Assembly (NCBI GenBank): GCA_030390025.1 | Contig: JASTWF010000034.1 | Span: forward strand, 2,542,001-2,606,000 | Direction: 5' to 3' | Origin: Squalus acanthias | Taxonomy: Eukaryota | Length of the DNA: 64,000 nt | In this document: in pieces, positions 1 to 11,911 of the stretch | How the letters are laid out: each line of letters starts with the position of its first letter | Numbering within the stretch: position 1 is the stretch's first letter | Made by a program: the position numbers and the translations under genes | Notes under the pieces: generated by a model | Told to the model about the DNA's origin: nothing | Seen by the model: the letters and a program-made list of their open reading frames with translations, nothing else | The model's database searches: none

Positions 1-99
1 ATTCTCATACTCTCTCTTTTCCCCTCTTATTTCCTTTTTCACTTCCTCTCTGAACTTTGTATATTTAGGTTGGTTCTCACATGTATTCTCAACTTGACA

Positions 100-1029
100 T
101 CTGTCATATGCCCCCTTTTCCTGCTTCCTGTTACTCACTATCTCTTTCGTCATTCAGGGTGCTATGGCTTTGTTTGCGTTACCTAACCCCCTCGTGGAAA
201 TGTACCTCGATTGTATCCGAATCACCTCTTCTTTAAAGGCAGCCCATTGTTCGATTACAGTTTTGCCTGTCAATCCTTGATTCCAATTTACCCAAGACAG
301 CTCCGTTCTCAACCCACTGAAACTGGCCCTCCCCCAATTAAGTATTTTTAATCTTGATTGCTCCTTGTCCTTTTCCATAGCTAATCTAAACTTTATGATA
401 CTATGATCACTGTTTCCTAAATGTTCCCTTACTGACACTTGCTCCACTTGATCTACCTCATTCCCCAGAACCAGATCCAATAATTGCGCCTTCCTCGTTG
501 GGCCGGTACTTGCACCAATCAAGTAAGTTCTCTTGAACTCACGTCAGAAATTATTCCCCCTCTCTGCCCATTATACTATTGTTATCCCACTCTATATTAG
601 GATAACTGAAGTCCCCCATTGTTGCTACTCTATATTCCTTCCACCTCTGTAATTTCCCTGCAAATTTGCTCCTCTATATCCTTCCCACTAGTTGCTGGCC
701 TATAGAATACACCCAACAGTGTAATGGTCCGTCTATTGTTCCTTAACTCTAACCAAATATATTCTGTTCTTGACCTCTCCAGGACATCCTCTCTCTCCAG
801 CACCAATATTCTCCTTAATCAATACTTCTACCGCTCCTCCTTTCTTTCCTTCCCTATCTTTCCCGAATATCTTATATCCAGGAATATTTAGTACACAATC
901 CTGCCCTTTTTGAGCCAGGTCAATGTTATCGCCATGACATAATTTTCCCATGTGGCTATTTGCGCCTTCAGCTCATCAACCATATTTACCACGCTTCGTG
1001 CGTTGTCAAACATGCACTGTAAACCTATC
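100..1029 (-). mobile_element. Degraded CR1 LINE, ORF2 endonuclease region (continues at 2152-3420 beyond two nested insertions)
   Basis: Minus-strand ORFs 154-522 (LLDLVL..EHLGNSDHSII) and 733-951 (LNIPGYKIFGKDREGKKGG) carry APE-endonuclease motifs also seen in the CR1 at 48201-49445; multiple frameshifts. Confidence 0.85.
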
Positions 1030-1400
1030 GGACAGTGTCAGCTGTGGCTCAGTTGGCAGCACACTCACCTCTCAGTCAGCAGGTTGTGGGTTTCAAGTCC
1101 CACTCCAGGGATTTGAAGCCATACATCTGGGCTGACACTCCAGTGTAGCACTGAGGGGGTGCTGCACTGTTGGAGGTGCCGTCTTTCGGATGAGACGTTA
1201 AACCGAGGCCCCGTCTGCTCTCAGGAGGATGTCAAAGATCCCATTGCACTAGTTTGAAGATGAATAGTGGAGTTATCCCCGGTGTCCTGGCCAATATTTA
1301 TCCCTCAATCAACATAACAAAAACAGTTCATCTGAGCATTATCACATTACAGTTTGTGGGAGCTTACTGTGCCCAACTTGGCTGCCGCTTTTCCCACATC
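1030..1400 (+). mobile_element. tRNA-derived SINE with Deu-type core (SacSINE1/AmnSINE-like), 3' truncated
   Basis: A box TGGCTCAGTTGG, B box GGTTTCAAGTCC, then GGTGCCGTCTTTCGGATGAGACGTTAAACCGAGGCCCC core. Absent from the paralogous site at about 38750. Confidence 0.8.
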
Positions 1401-1508
1401 TTAGCCCTTACAATAGGAAAATACTGCGGATGCTAGAAATTTGAAATAACAACAGAAAATGCTGGAAACACTCAGCAGGAGAGGCAGCATCCGTGGAGAG
1501 AGAAACAG

Positions 1509-1545
1509 AGTTAATGTTTCAGGTCCGTGACCCATCGTCAGAACT
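1509..1545 (-). ncRNA. Minimal hammerhead ribozyme motif in Penelope terminal repeat (left arm)
   Basis: Reverse complement reads AGTT-CTGACGA-TGGGTC-ACG-GACCT-GAAAC-ATT-AACT: CUGANGA and GAAA core, stem II and a 4-bp stem I. Confidence 0.55.
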
Positions 1546-2056
1546 GGAAAAAGTTCCAGATGTAACAGGTTTTAAGCAGGTGCAGGGACAGAGAAAGGGG
1601 GTAGCGGAGGAATGAACAAAAGGGATGGTCTATGATAGGGTGGGAGGCAGGAGTGTTGAAAAGTTGCAAATGGGTATGACAGAAACATCAACAACTGCCG
1701 CCTGAAAAAAAAGGGAACGAGGTTATGGTCTAAATTTGTTGAACTCAGTGTTGAGTCCCGAAGGCTGTAAAGTGCCTAATAGAAATATGAGGAGCGGTTG
1801 TCGATCTTACTTTGTAAGAGGCCGAGGACAGAGAGGTCAGAGTGGGATGGAACGCTGTCACTTTAATTCTCCGCTCCACTCCCACTCTGACTGCAGCTCA
1901 GGCGGCAGCTATTGATGATTCTGCCATCCACATTTGCAACATTTAAACACTCCTGCATTCCACCCTATCACAGACCATCCCTTTTATTATTTCCTCCCCT
2001 CCCCCTTTCCCTGCCCCTGCACCTGCTTACAATCTGTTATATATCTAAATTTGTCC

Positions 2057-2092
2057 AGTCCTGACGAAGGTCACGGACCTGAAACGTTAACT
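2057..2092 (+). ncRNA. Minimal hammerhead ribozyme motif in Penelope terminal repeat (right arm)
   Basis: AGTC-CTGACGA-AGGTC-ACG-GACCT-GAAACGTT-AACT; perfect 5-bp stem II and palindromic AACGTT in the stem III position. Confidence 0.6.
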
Positions 2093-2151
2093 CTGTTTCT
2101 CTCTCCACGGATGCTGCCTGACCTGCTGAGTGTTTCCAGCATTTTCTGTTT

Positions 2152-3420
2152 CTAACTTAGACCTTCTTGGATTCTCTCTAAGTCTGATTCCACCTAATAC
2201 CGTACTATTCCATACTCTACTGCTATCTGTCTCTCCCAATCCTGTGTGCACCTTGTTTCTCCTTTCTAGTGCCACATAAAGGTGCCCACCCCCCTGGCAG
2301 ATTAGGTTAAACGCACCCGAACAGCACTCGAAACCGCCCCCACCCACCTCGTGAGTATATTGGTTCCGGCTCTGTTGAGGTGCAACACGTCCGGCCAGTA
2401 CAGTTCCCACCTCTGCCAGAAACGGCCCCTATGTCCCAGGAATCTAAAGCCCTCCCTCCTGCACCATCTCTCCAGCCACACGTTCATCTGCTCTTTCCTT
2501 CTATTCCTATATTCACTAGCCCGTTGCACCAGGAGTAATCCGAGATTACTATCTTTGAGGTCCTGCTGTTTAATATCTTACCTAACTCCCTATTATCTGG
2601 TTGCAGGATCACATCCCTCTTTCTACCAATGTCGATGATACCGATATTGACAACAACCTCATTCTGTTACCCCTCCCCCCTCAGAATGTCCAGCAGCCAG
2701 TCCATGACATCCTTGACCCTGGCACCAGGGAGGCAACATATCATCCTGGAGTCACGTCTGCGACCGGAGAAAAGGCTGTCGCTTCCCCTAACTATCGAAT
2801 CTCCGATCAATATTGCTTTCCAAATCTTCCTCATCCCCCCACCTACAGGTGAGCCACCCGTGGTGCCCTGGAATTGACTCTGGCTGTACTCCCAGAGGAC
2901 CCATCGAATAATGGTTGCAGAGTGAGATTCACTCAGGGGACTCCTGCACTACCTGCGTGGCCTCTTTGTCTGTCTGGCGGTCACCCATTCCCTCTCTGCC
3001 TGCACACTCTTATGCTGCGGAGTGACCACCTCCTGAAACATGCTATCTGCGGAGCTCTCAGCCTCACGGATGCACCGCAGTGACGCCAGCTGCTGCTCAA
3101 GCTCTGAAACACGTGGGAAGTGTCCTGGAGATCCTACATGGCACAAGATGTGCATTCCACGGGACTGATGTGCCCTACCATGCCTCTATTTAATAGACTG
3201 TTAACTAACTTAACAGAATTCAACTGAAGACTTAAAATAATCACCATCTACTCACCATTTATTTTATTTGCAGCGTCTTCCCTACTGCTGAAGTCACTTC
3301 CCTTGCGCTCGCTCCCGGCTCCGGGTTCTCTAGCCTACCTTTATCTCCGGCCGCTCCTCTCGCTCTCTCCTCCTTCCTCCTCTGCTCCTAATTCCTACTT
3401 TCTCCAAATTCACAACCTTA
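2152..3420 (-). mobile_element. Degraded CR1 LINE, ORF1 (leucine zipper plus SGNH esterase-like) and 5' UTR
   Basis: ORFs 2302-2529 (WCRREGFRFLGH..DVLHLNRAGT) and 2949-3155 (RVSELEQQLASLRCIRE) parallel ORF1 of the CR1 at 47205-48161. Confidence 0.8.
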
Positions 3421-3564
3421 GACTCTGAAACAATGGATCACCCCACTCTTGTTCTCTGATTTATTCCATACCAGGTCATCAAGATAAAAAAATAACGATA
3501 AATAAATGGTCATAAACAGCTTGATCTGAGAGATGATCCCAGTGATGGAACTCGCCTACATGAC

Positions 3565-3850
3565 ATTCCTCCCACCTCAGTCCAGGAATTTCGTTCCCAG
3601 GACTGCTTAGAATATACTGCTCCCGCCTCAGTCTAGGAATTCCATTCCCAGGGCCACCTAGATTACATTACTCCCGCCTCAATCTAGAAATGCCATTCCA
3701 GGACTGCCTAGATTACATTGCTCCCGCCTCAGTCTAGGAATTCATTCCCAGGGCCACCTAGATTACATTACTCCCGCCTCAGTCTAGGAATTTCATTCCA
3801 GGATACCTAGATTACACTGCTCCCGCCTCAATTCAGGAATTTGATTCCCC
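3565..3850 (+). repeat. 51-bp minisatellite, about 5-6 units
   Basis: Unit TAGATTACACTGCTCCCGCCTCAGTCCAGGAATTTCATTCCCAGGGCTGCC; same unit as 40915-42780. Confidence 0.9.
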
Positions 3851-4029
3851 GTTCATTTCTCTATTGCATGAAATTAGAACTAGAACAAGAACAACATGTT
3901 TCTAAAGAGTGATCTTACCCAGACAAACATGTCATGGTGTTTGACCAAGGAGGAAGTATAATTAAAAGTAGCAAAGGATTGATACCAAGGAATCAAAGGA
4001 AAATGTTTAATATATTAACCAACGAGATA

Positions 4030-4790
4030 AATAGCCTTTAAGCTCATCAATACTCCATGAAACGCTCTGGAAATGTTGAATTCTCGCATAGTCATACTCA
4101 CAGATCCATAAATATCAGTCAATTTCCCGAATCCTCCATCACCGTCCCATGCTGTGTCCTGTTCCACCGGCAGCACAGATCCACCAGAGGTGGGGGCACA
4201 GTGTTTTGCAGTCGCGTGGGCGAGACCCTGAGAGTGCTCAACATTGCTTAAAGATATAATGAAGTATCATGTCTTCCAGTCAGACATGGGCAAGGTAACA
4301 TCCTGCCGATTACCAGCGACCGCCCTCCCTCAGCTGATGAATCCGCACATCTTCATGCTGCAAACTGGTTGATGGGAGCACCGAGAGCAGAAAGGGCACG
4401 AATTATACTCTGGGTCGGGAGGGGAAACTTCAATGTCCATCACCAAGTGTGGCTAGGAAGTACCAGCTTTAACCGAGCCCTGAAGAACACAGCTACCAGA
4501 CTGGGATTGCAGCAGGTGGTGGGAGAACCAACATGAGAGAATGGCCTGCTTGACGTTGTCCTCACCAAACTACCCATCGCATAAACATCTGTCCATGACG
4601 ATACTTGTAGGACTGACCAATGCACAATATTTCTGGAGAATAAGTCTTGCCTTTACCCTGAGGCCACCCTCCATCATATCATGTGCCACTATCATGGTGA
4701 GCAATGGAATGAAATTAGACAGAGCCAAGCGATCCCACAAACAACAGATACAATTATTTCAAAGCTCTCATTTCCTGTCGTGAATGGTGA
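4030..4790 (+). mobile_element. Old non-LTR retrotransposon fragment (APE endonuclease region, second CR1-group family)
   Basis: Translates in pieces to SSITVPCCVLFHRQHRSTRGGGTV, an FNVHH segment and LLDVVLT; paralogue at about 42940-43680. Confidence 0.6.
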
Positions 4791-4875
4791 TGAACAACTG
4801 AGCAGTTTCCACATTGCCCTGAAAGTTTCTCCTTTCCAAGTATATATCCAATTATCTTTTGGAAGTTACAGTTAA

Positions 4876-5365
4876 GAAAGAAAGAAAGAATTGCATTGAT
4901 ATCGCGCTTTTCACGATCTCGAGATTTCCAAAAGCGCTTTAGAGCCAATGAAGTACTTTGAATTGTATTCACTGTTGTACTGTAGGAAACGTGGCAGCCA
5001 ATTGCGCACAGCAAGCTCCCATAAACAGCAAAGTGATAATGGTCAGATAATCTGCTTTGGTGATGTTGATTGAGATAAATATTGGTCAGAACACCGGGGT
5101 TAACTTTGTTGCTCTTCTTCGACATAGTTCCATGGGATTTTTTACCTCCAACTTAGAGAACAGACGGGGCCTCGGTCTAACGGCTCATCTGAAAGACGGC
5201 CCCTCCGAAAGTGCAGCGCTCCCTCAGTACTGCCCCTCCAACACTGTAGCGATCTCTCGGTACTGCACTGCAGTGGTAGCCTAGATTTTTGTACTCAAGT
5301 CGCTGGAGTGGGACCTGAACCCAGAACCTGCTGACTCAGAGCTGAGAGTGCTACGACCTGAGCCT
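4876..5365 (-). mobile_element. Deu-type SINE, near full length
   Basis: Reverse complement of the 1030-1400 family with a (TTTC)n tail at about 4876-4890; interrupts an old minus-strand CR1 3' fragment. Confidence 0.8.
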
Positions 5366-5664
5366 ACTGAATCTGCTTCCACCAGACTTTCAGATCATTA
5401 AAACTCACTGCTCGACCAAAGTTCTTCCCATCTGCTCCCTGTTTCTTTTAACAATTATATTATATCTGTGCCCTTTTGGTAATGACAAGGCAAGTTGTGG
5501 AAACAGTTTCTCCTTTCTTACTGTATCAAAACACCTCATCATTTTAAACACTATTCAATCTCCCCCTAAACTTCTCTGCTATAAGGAGAACAATCCGAGC
5601 TTCTCTCGTCTCTCCGCATAACTTCAATCCCACATCTCTGACGTCATTATGATAAATTCTCACC

Positions 5665-5935
5665 ACACAAGTGGCAGACGATGACAAACTCCAGCAAGAG
5701 GGAGTTTAACCTCCTCCACTTGACAGTCAACGCCATTTCCATCACCGAAACTTCCACCATCAATGTTCAAGGGGTCGCCATTGATCAGAAACTCAACTGG
5801 ACGAGCCACATAAATGCCGCGACTTCTTCAGCAGGTCAGAGGCTGGGTGTTCTGCGGTGAGTAACTCACATCCTGACTCCACAAAGCATCTCCAACACCT
5901 AAAAGGCACAAGTCAGGAGTATTATGGATGACTGT
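5665..5935 (+). mobile_element. Old LINE fragment (post-RT region)
   Basis: Similar to the reverse complement of 37230-37500 (ATTGATCAGAAACTCAACTGGAC, AAGGCACAAGTCAGGAGT); paralogue at about 44985-45255. Confidence 0.6.
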
Positions 5936-7734
5936 CTGTAGACAGAGGGATGACATGTGGGAAACACCCTGCTAATTCTAATAACTTTATTAAATATGTC
6001 ACAATATTAAGGATTTGTACAAATATTCAAAGTAAATGTCTGCAAAATAAGCAGGTTCCAAGGGGTCATATTCAGGACAAGATTAGAATCTTTGAACGAA
6101 CATTATTGGATTAAGAATCTGTAAAGAGAGATATGAGGGCCGAGAATATCCGTTCGCAATTTCGTATCCGATACCGCCGGTTTTGTGCTACCGCTCGAAA
6201 GGAATTTCTAGACCATTTTGTTTGCAGCGTTTTTCCTCTTTAAAAATCCTGTGTGATTGGTTCTGTCTCTTTAGAAAGCCAGTGTGACTGGTCCTGTCTC
6301 TTTAAAAAGCCTGTGTGACTGGTGTTGTCTCTTTCGAAAGCCTGTGTGACTGGTGCTGGCGCTTTAGAAAGCCTGTGTGACTGGTCCTGTCTCTTTAAAA
6401 TGCCTGTGTGACTGGTGTTGTCTCTTTAAAAAGCCTGCTTAACTGGTCGTGTCTCTTTAAAAAAGCCTGTGTGACTGGTCCTGTCTCTGTAACAAAACTT
6501 GTGTGACTGGTCCTGTCCATTTAAAAAGCCTGTGTGACTGTTCCTGTCTCTTTAAAAAGCCAGTGTGACTGTTCCTGTCTCTTTGAAAAGACTGCGTGAC
6601 CCGTCCTGTCTCTGTAGAAAGCCTGTGTGACTGGTCCTGTCACTTTAAAAATTCTGTGAGACTGGTCCTGTCTCTTTAAAAACTCTATGTGACTGGTCCT
6701 GTCTCTTTAAAAAGTCTGTGTGACAGGTCCTGCCTCTTTAAAAAGCCAGTGTGACTGGTCCTGCCTCTTTAGAAAGCCTATGTGACTGGGCATGTCTCTT
6801 TAAAAAGCCTGTGTGACTGGTCCTGTCTCTTTATAAAATCTGTGTGACTGGGCCTATCTCTTGAAAAACCCTGTGTGACTGGTCCTGCCTCTTTAAAAAG
6901 CCTGTGTGACTGGTCCTGTCACTTAAAAAGCCTGTGTGACTGGTACTGTCTCTATAAAAAGCCTGTGTGGCAGGTCCCGTCTCTTTAGAAAGCCTGTGTG
7001 ACTGGTCCTGTCTCTTTAGAAAGCCTGTGTGACTTATCTTGTCCCTTTAGAAACCCTATGTAACTGGTCCTGTCTCTTTAGAAAGCATGTGTGACTTGTC
7101 CTGTCTCTTTAGACAGCATGTGTAAATGGTCCTGACTCTTTAAAAAGCCTGTGTGACTGATGCTGTCTCTTTAGAAGGCCTGTTTGACTGGTCCTGTCTC
7201 TTTATAAAGCCTGTGTGACTGGTCCTGTCTCTTTAAAAACCCTGTGTGACTTGTCCTCTCTCTTTAAAAAGCCTGTGTGACTGATCCTGTCTCTTTATAA
7301 AGCCTGCTTGACTAGTCCTGTCTCTTTAAAAAGCCTGTGTAACTTATCCTGTCTCTTTAGAAACCCTGTATGACTGTTCCTGTCTCTTTAAAAAGCCTGT
7401 GTTGACTGGTCATTTCTCTTTAAAACGCCTGCATAACTGGTCCTGTCACTTTAGAAAGCCTGTGTGACATATCCTGTCTCTTTAGAAACCCTATGTGACT
7501 GGTCCTGTCTCTTTAGAAAGCATGTGATACTGGTCCTGTCTCTTTAGAAAGCCTGTGTGACTGGTCCTGTCTCTTTAGAAAGCATGTGTGACTGGTCCTG
7601 TCTCTTTAGAAACCCTGTGTGACTGGTCCTGTCTCTTTAGAAAGCCTGTATGACTGGTCCTGTCTCTTTATAAAGCATGTGTGACTGGTCCTGTCTCCTT
7701 AAAAGCCTGTGTGACTGGTCCTGTCTCTTTAGAA

Positions 7735-8005
7735 ACACAAGAACATAACATGAGAATTAGGAGCAGGAGTCGGCCATACGGCCCATCGAGCCTGCTCCGC
7801 CATTCAATAAGATCATGGTTGATCATCGCCCTCAACTCCACTTTCCCGCATATCCATATCTCCATATCCTTGATTCCCCCAGAGTCCAAAAATCTATCTA
7901 TCGCAGCCTTGAATAAACTCAAAGTCTCATCACGCACAGCCCTTTGAGACTGAGAATTCCAAGGATTCACAACCCTCTGAGTGAAGAAATTCTTCCTCAT
8001 CTCAG
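7735..8005 (-). mobile_element. CR1 3'-end fragment, copy 1 of 3 co-amplified with the satellite
   Basis: MRKNFFTQRVVN..LFKAAIDRFLD..GIK and the CR1 3' stem-loop; junctions shared with 11123-11394 and 11640-11911. Confidence 0.9.
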
Positions 8006-8167
8006 CATGTGTAACTGGTCCTGTCTCTTCAAAAAGCCTGTGTAACTGGTCCTGCCTCTTTAAACTGGCTATGTAACATGTCCTGTCTCTTTAAAAAGCC
8101 TGTGTAACTGGTCCTGTCTCTTTAAACGGCCTGTCTGACTGGTCCTGTCTCTTTAAAACGCCTGTGT

Positions 8168-9410
8168 CATAAGAACATAAGAACATAAGAAATAGGAGCA
8201 GGAGTAGGCCAATCGGCCCCTCGAGCCTGCTCCGCCATTCAATAAGATCATGGCTGATCTGATCCTAACCGCCAATCTACTATCTATCACAGAACCATCT
8301 CCTGCATCTAACAGAATTGCACACACGAAATAGGAGCAGAATCAGGCTACACAGTCCCTGGGCCCGCTCCACTACCCACAGGGCCATGACCGATCCGAAC
8401 CTAGACTCATGTCCAAATTCCTGCCCGCTCCCCGTAACCCTTAATGCCCTTTACTTCTAGGAAACTGTCTATTTCTGTTTTAAATTTAATTAATGTTGTA
8501 GCTTCTACAGCTTTTTGTGGCAGCATATTCCATGGACCTACCACCCTCTGAGTGAAGTAGTTCCTCCTCATCTCAGTTTTGAAAGAGCAGCCCCTTATTC
8601 TAAGACTATGTCCCCTAGTTCTCGTCTCACCCGTCATCGGGAACATCCTCCCCGCATCCACCCGATCCAACCCCTTCACAATCTTATATGTTTCAATAAG
8701 ATCGCCTCTCATTCTTCTGAACTCCAATGAGTAGAGTCCCAATCTACCCAACCTCTCCTCATATGACCACCCCCTCATCCCCGGGATTAACCGAGTGAAC
8801 CTTTTTTGCACTGCCTCGAGAGCAAGGATGTCTTTCCTTAAGTAAGGACACCAAAACTGTATGCAGTATTCCAGGTGCGGTCTCACCAATACCTTGTACA
8901 ACTGAAGCAATACCTCCCTATTTTTATATTCTATCCCCCTAGCAATGAAAGCCAACATTCCATTTGCCTTCTTAATCACTTGCTGCACCTGCATACTAAC
9001 CTTTTGAGTTTCGTGCACCAGTACCCCCAGATCCCTTTGCACTTCAGTACTCTCCAGTTTCTTGCCATTAAGATAATAAATTGCTCTAGGATTTTTCCTG
9101 CCAAAGTGCATCACCTCACACTTTCCAGTGTTGTATTCCATCTGCCAAATCTCTGCCCACTTACTTAGCCTGTCTATGTCCCCTTGCAGGTTTTTTATGT
9201 CCTCCTCACTCACTACTTTCCCTCCCATCTTTGTATCATCTGCAAATTTTGATATGTTACACTTGGTCCCTTCCTCCAAATCGTTAATATAGATTGTGAA
9301 GAGTTGGGGACCCAGCACTGACCCCTGTGGAACACCACTAGTTACTGATTGCCAGTCTGAGAATGAACCATTTATCCCAACTCTTTGCTTTCTGTTAGAT
9401 AGCCAGTCCT
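8168..9410 (-). mobile_element. Young 5'-truncated CR1 (RT C-terminal half, 3' UTR, TTCTTATG tail)
   Basis: Open 303-aa ORF 8407-9318 with FADD RT motif, about 9 aa different from the same part of 49493-51154; (CATAAGAA)n tail at 8168. Confidence 0.95.
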
Positions 9411-11122
9411 TCCTCTTTAAAAAGCCGGCGTGACTGTTTCTGTCTCTTTAAAAAGCCTGTGTGACTGGTCCTGCCTCTTTAAAAAGCCTGAGCGACTGGT
9501 CCTGTCTCTTTAAAAAGCCTGTGTGACTGGTGCTATCTCATTAAAACGCCTGTGTGACTGGTCCTGTCTCTTTAGAAATTCTGTGTGACTGGGCCTGTCT
9601 CTTTAAAAAGCCTGTGTGACTGGTCCTGCCTCTTTAAAAAGTCTTTGTAACTGTTCCTGTCTCTTTAAAAAGCCTGTGTGACTGGTCCTGCCTCTTTAAA
9701 AAGCCTGTGTGACTGGTCCTGTCTCTTTAGAAATTCTGTGTGACTGGGCCTGTCTCTTTAAAAAGCCTGTGTGACTGGTCCTGTCTCTTAAAAAAGCCTG
9801 TGTGACTGGTCCTGTCTCTTTATAAAGCCTGTGTGACTGGCCGTGTCTCTTTAAAAAGCCTGTGTGACTGGTGCTATCTCATTAAAACGCCTGTGTGACT
9901 GGTCCTGTCTCTGTAGAAATTCTGTGTGCCTGGGCCTGTCACTGTAAAAAGCCTGTGTGGCGGGTCCCGTCTCTTTAACAAGCCTGTGTAACTGGTCCTG
10001 TCTCTTTAAACAGGCTATGTAACAATGTCATGTCTCTTTAAAAAGCCTGTGTAACTGGCCCTGCCACTTTAAAAAGTCTTTGTAACTGTTCCTGTCTCTT
10101 TAAAAAGCCTGTGTGACTGGTCCTGCCTCTTTAAAAAGCCTGAGCGATTGGTCCTGTCTCTTTAAAAAGCCTGTGTGACTGGTCCTGTCTCTTTAGAAAT
10201 TCTGTGTGACTGGGCCTGTCTCTTTAAAAAGCCTGTGTGACTGGTCCTGTCTCTTAAAAAAGCCTGTGTGACTGGTCCTGTCTCTTTATAAAGCCTGTGT
10301 GACTGGCCGTGTCTCTTTAAAAAACCTGTGTTTACTGGTCCTGTCTCCTTAGAAAGCCTGTGTGACTGGTCCTGTCTCTTTAGAAAACGGTCTTACTGTA
10401 CCTGTCTCTTTAACAGCCTGTGTGACTGGTGCTGTCTCTTTAGAAAGCATGTGTAACTGGTCCTGTCTCTTTAAAAAGCCTGTTTGACTGATGATGTCTC
10501 TTTAGAAGGCCTGTGTGACTGGTCCTGTCTCTTTAAAAAGCCTGTGTGACTGGTCCTGTCTCTTCAAAAAGCCTGTGTGACTGGTCCTTTCTCTTTAGAA
10601 AGCCTGTGTGACTGGTCCTGTCTCTTTAAAAAGCCTGTGTCACTGTTCCTGTCTCTTTATAGAGCCTGTGTGACTGGTCCTGTCTCTTTAAAAACCTAGT
10701 GTGACTTGTCCTGTCTCTTTATAAAGCCTGTGTGACTGGTCCTGTCTCTTGAAATAGCATGTGTGACTTGTCCTGTCTCTTTAAAAAGACTGTGTGACAG
10801 ATCCTGTCTCTTTATAAAGCCTATTTGACTGGTCCTGTCTCTTTAGAAACCCTGTGTGACTGGTCATGTCTCTTTAGAAAGCATGTGTGACTGGTCCTGT
10901 CTCTTTAAAAGCCTGTGTGACTGGTCCTGTCTCTTTAAAACCCTGTGTGACTGGTCATGTCTCTTTAGAAAGCATGTGTGACTGGTCCTGTCTCTTTAAA
11001 AGCCTGTGTGACTGGTCCTGTCTCTTTAAAACCCTGTGTGACTGCTCATGTCTCTTTAGAAAGCATGTGTGACTGGTCCTGTCTCTTTAAAAGCCTGTGT
11101 GACTGGTCCTGTCTCTTTAGAA

Positions 11123-11394
11123 ACACAAGAACATAACATAAGAATTAGGAGCAGGAGTCGGCCATACGGCCCATCGAGCCTGCTCCGCCATTCAATAAGC
11201 TCATGGCTGATCATCGCCCTCAACTCCACTTTCCCGCAAATCCTTATCTCCATATCCCTTGATTCCCCCAGAGTCCAAAAATCTATCTATCGCAGCCTTG
11301 AATAAACTCATAGACTCAGCACGCACAGCCCTCTGGGGCAGAGTATTCCAAGAATTCACAACCCTCTGAGTGAAGAAATTCTTCCTCATCTCAG
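11123..11394 (-). mobile_element. CR1 3'-end fragment, copy 2 of 3
   Basis: Same sequence and junctions as 7735-8005. Confidence 0.9.
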
Positions 11395-11639
11395 CATGTG
11401 TAACTGATCCTGTCTCTTTAAAAAGCCTGTGTGACTGGTCCTGTCTCTTTCAAAAGCCTGTGTGACTGGGCCTGTCTCTTTAAAAAGACTGTGTGACTGG
11501 TCCTGTCTCTTCAAAAAGCCTGAGTGACTGGTCATGCCTCTTTAAAAAGTCTGTGTGACTGGTCCTGTCTCTTTACAAAGCCTGTGTGACTGGTCCTGTG
11601 TCTTTAAAAGCCTGTGTGACTGGTCCTGTCTCTTTAGAA

Positions 11640-11911
11640 ACATAAGAACATAACATGAGAATTAGGAGCTGGAGTCGGCCATACGGCCCATCGAGCCTGC
11701 TCCGCCATTCAATAAGATCATGGCTGATCATCGCCCTCAACTCCACTTTCCCGCATATACATATCTCCATATCCCTTAATTTCCCCCAGAGTCCAAAAAT
11801 CTATCTATCACAGCCTTGAATACACTCATAGACTCAGCACGGACAGCCCTCTGGGGCAAGAATTCCAAGGATTCACAACCCTCTGAGTGAAGAAATTCTT
11901 CCTTATCTCAG
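11640..11911 (-). mobile_element. CR1 3'-end fragment, copy 3 of 3
   Basis: Same sequence and junctions as 7735-8005. Confidence 0.9.

Larger units (their letters stand above)
1411..2151. mobile_element. Penelope-like element remnant forming a long inverted repeat (hairpin)
   Basis: Arms about 1451-1705 and 1898-2150 are reverse complements, with an inner hairpin at 1837-1891. The spacer resembles the reverse complement of the GIY-YIG C-terminus at 34990-35085. Confidence 0.8.
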
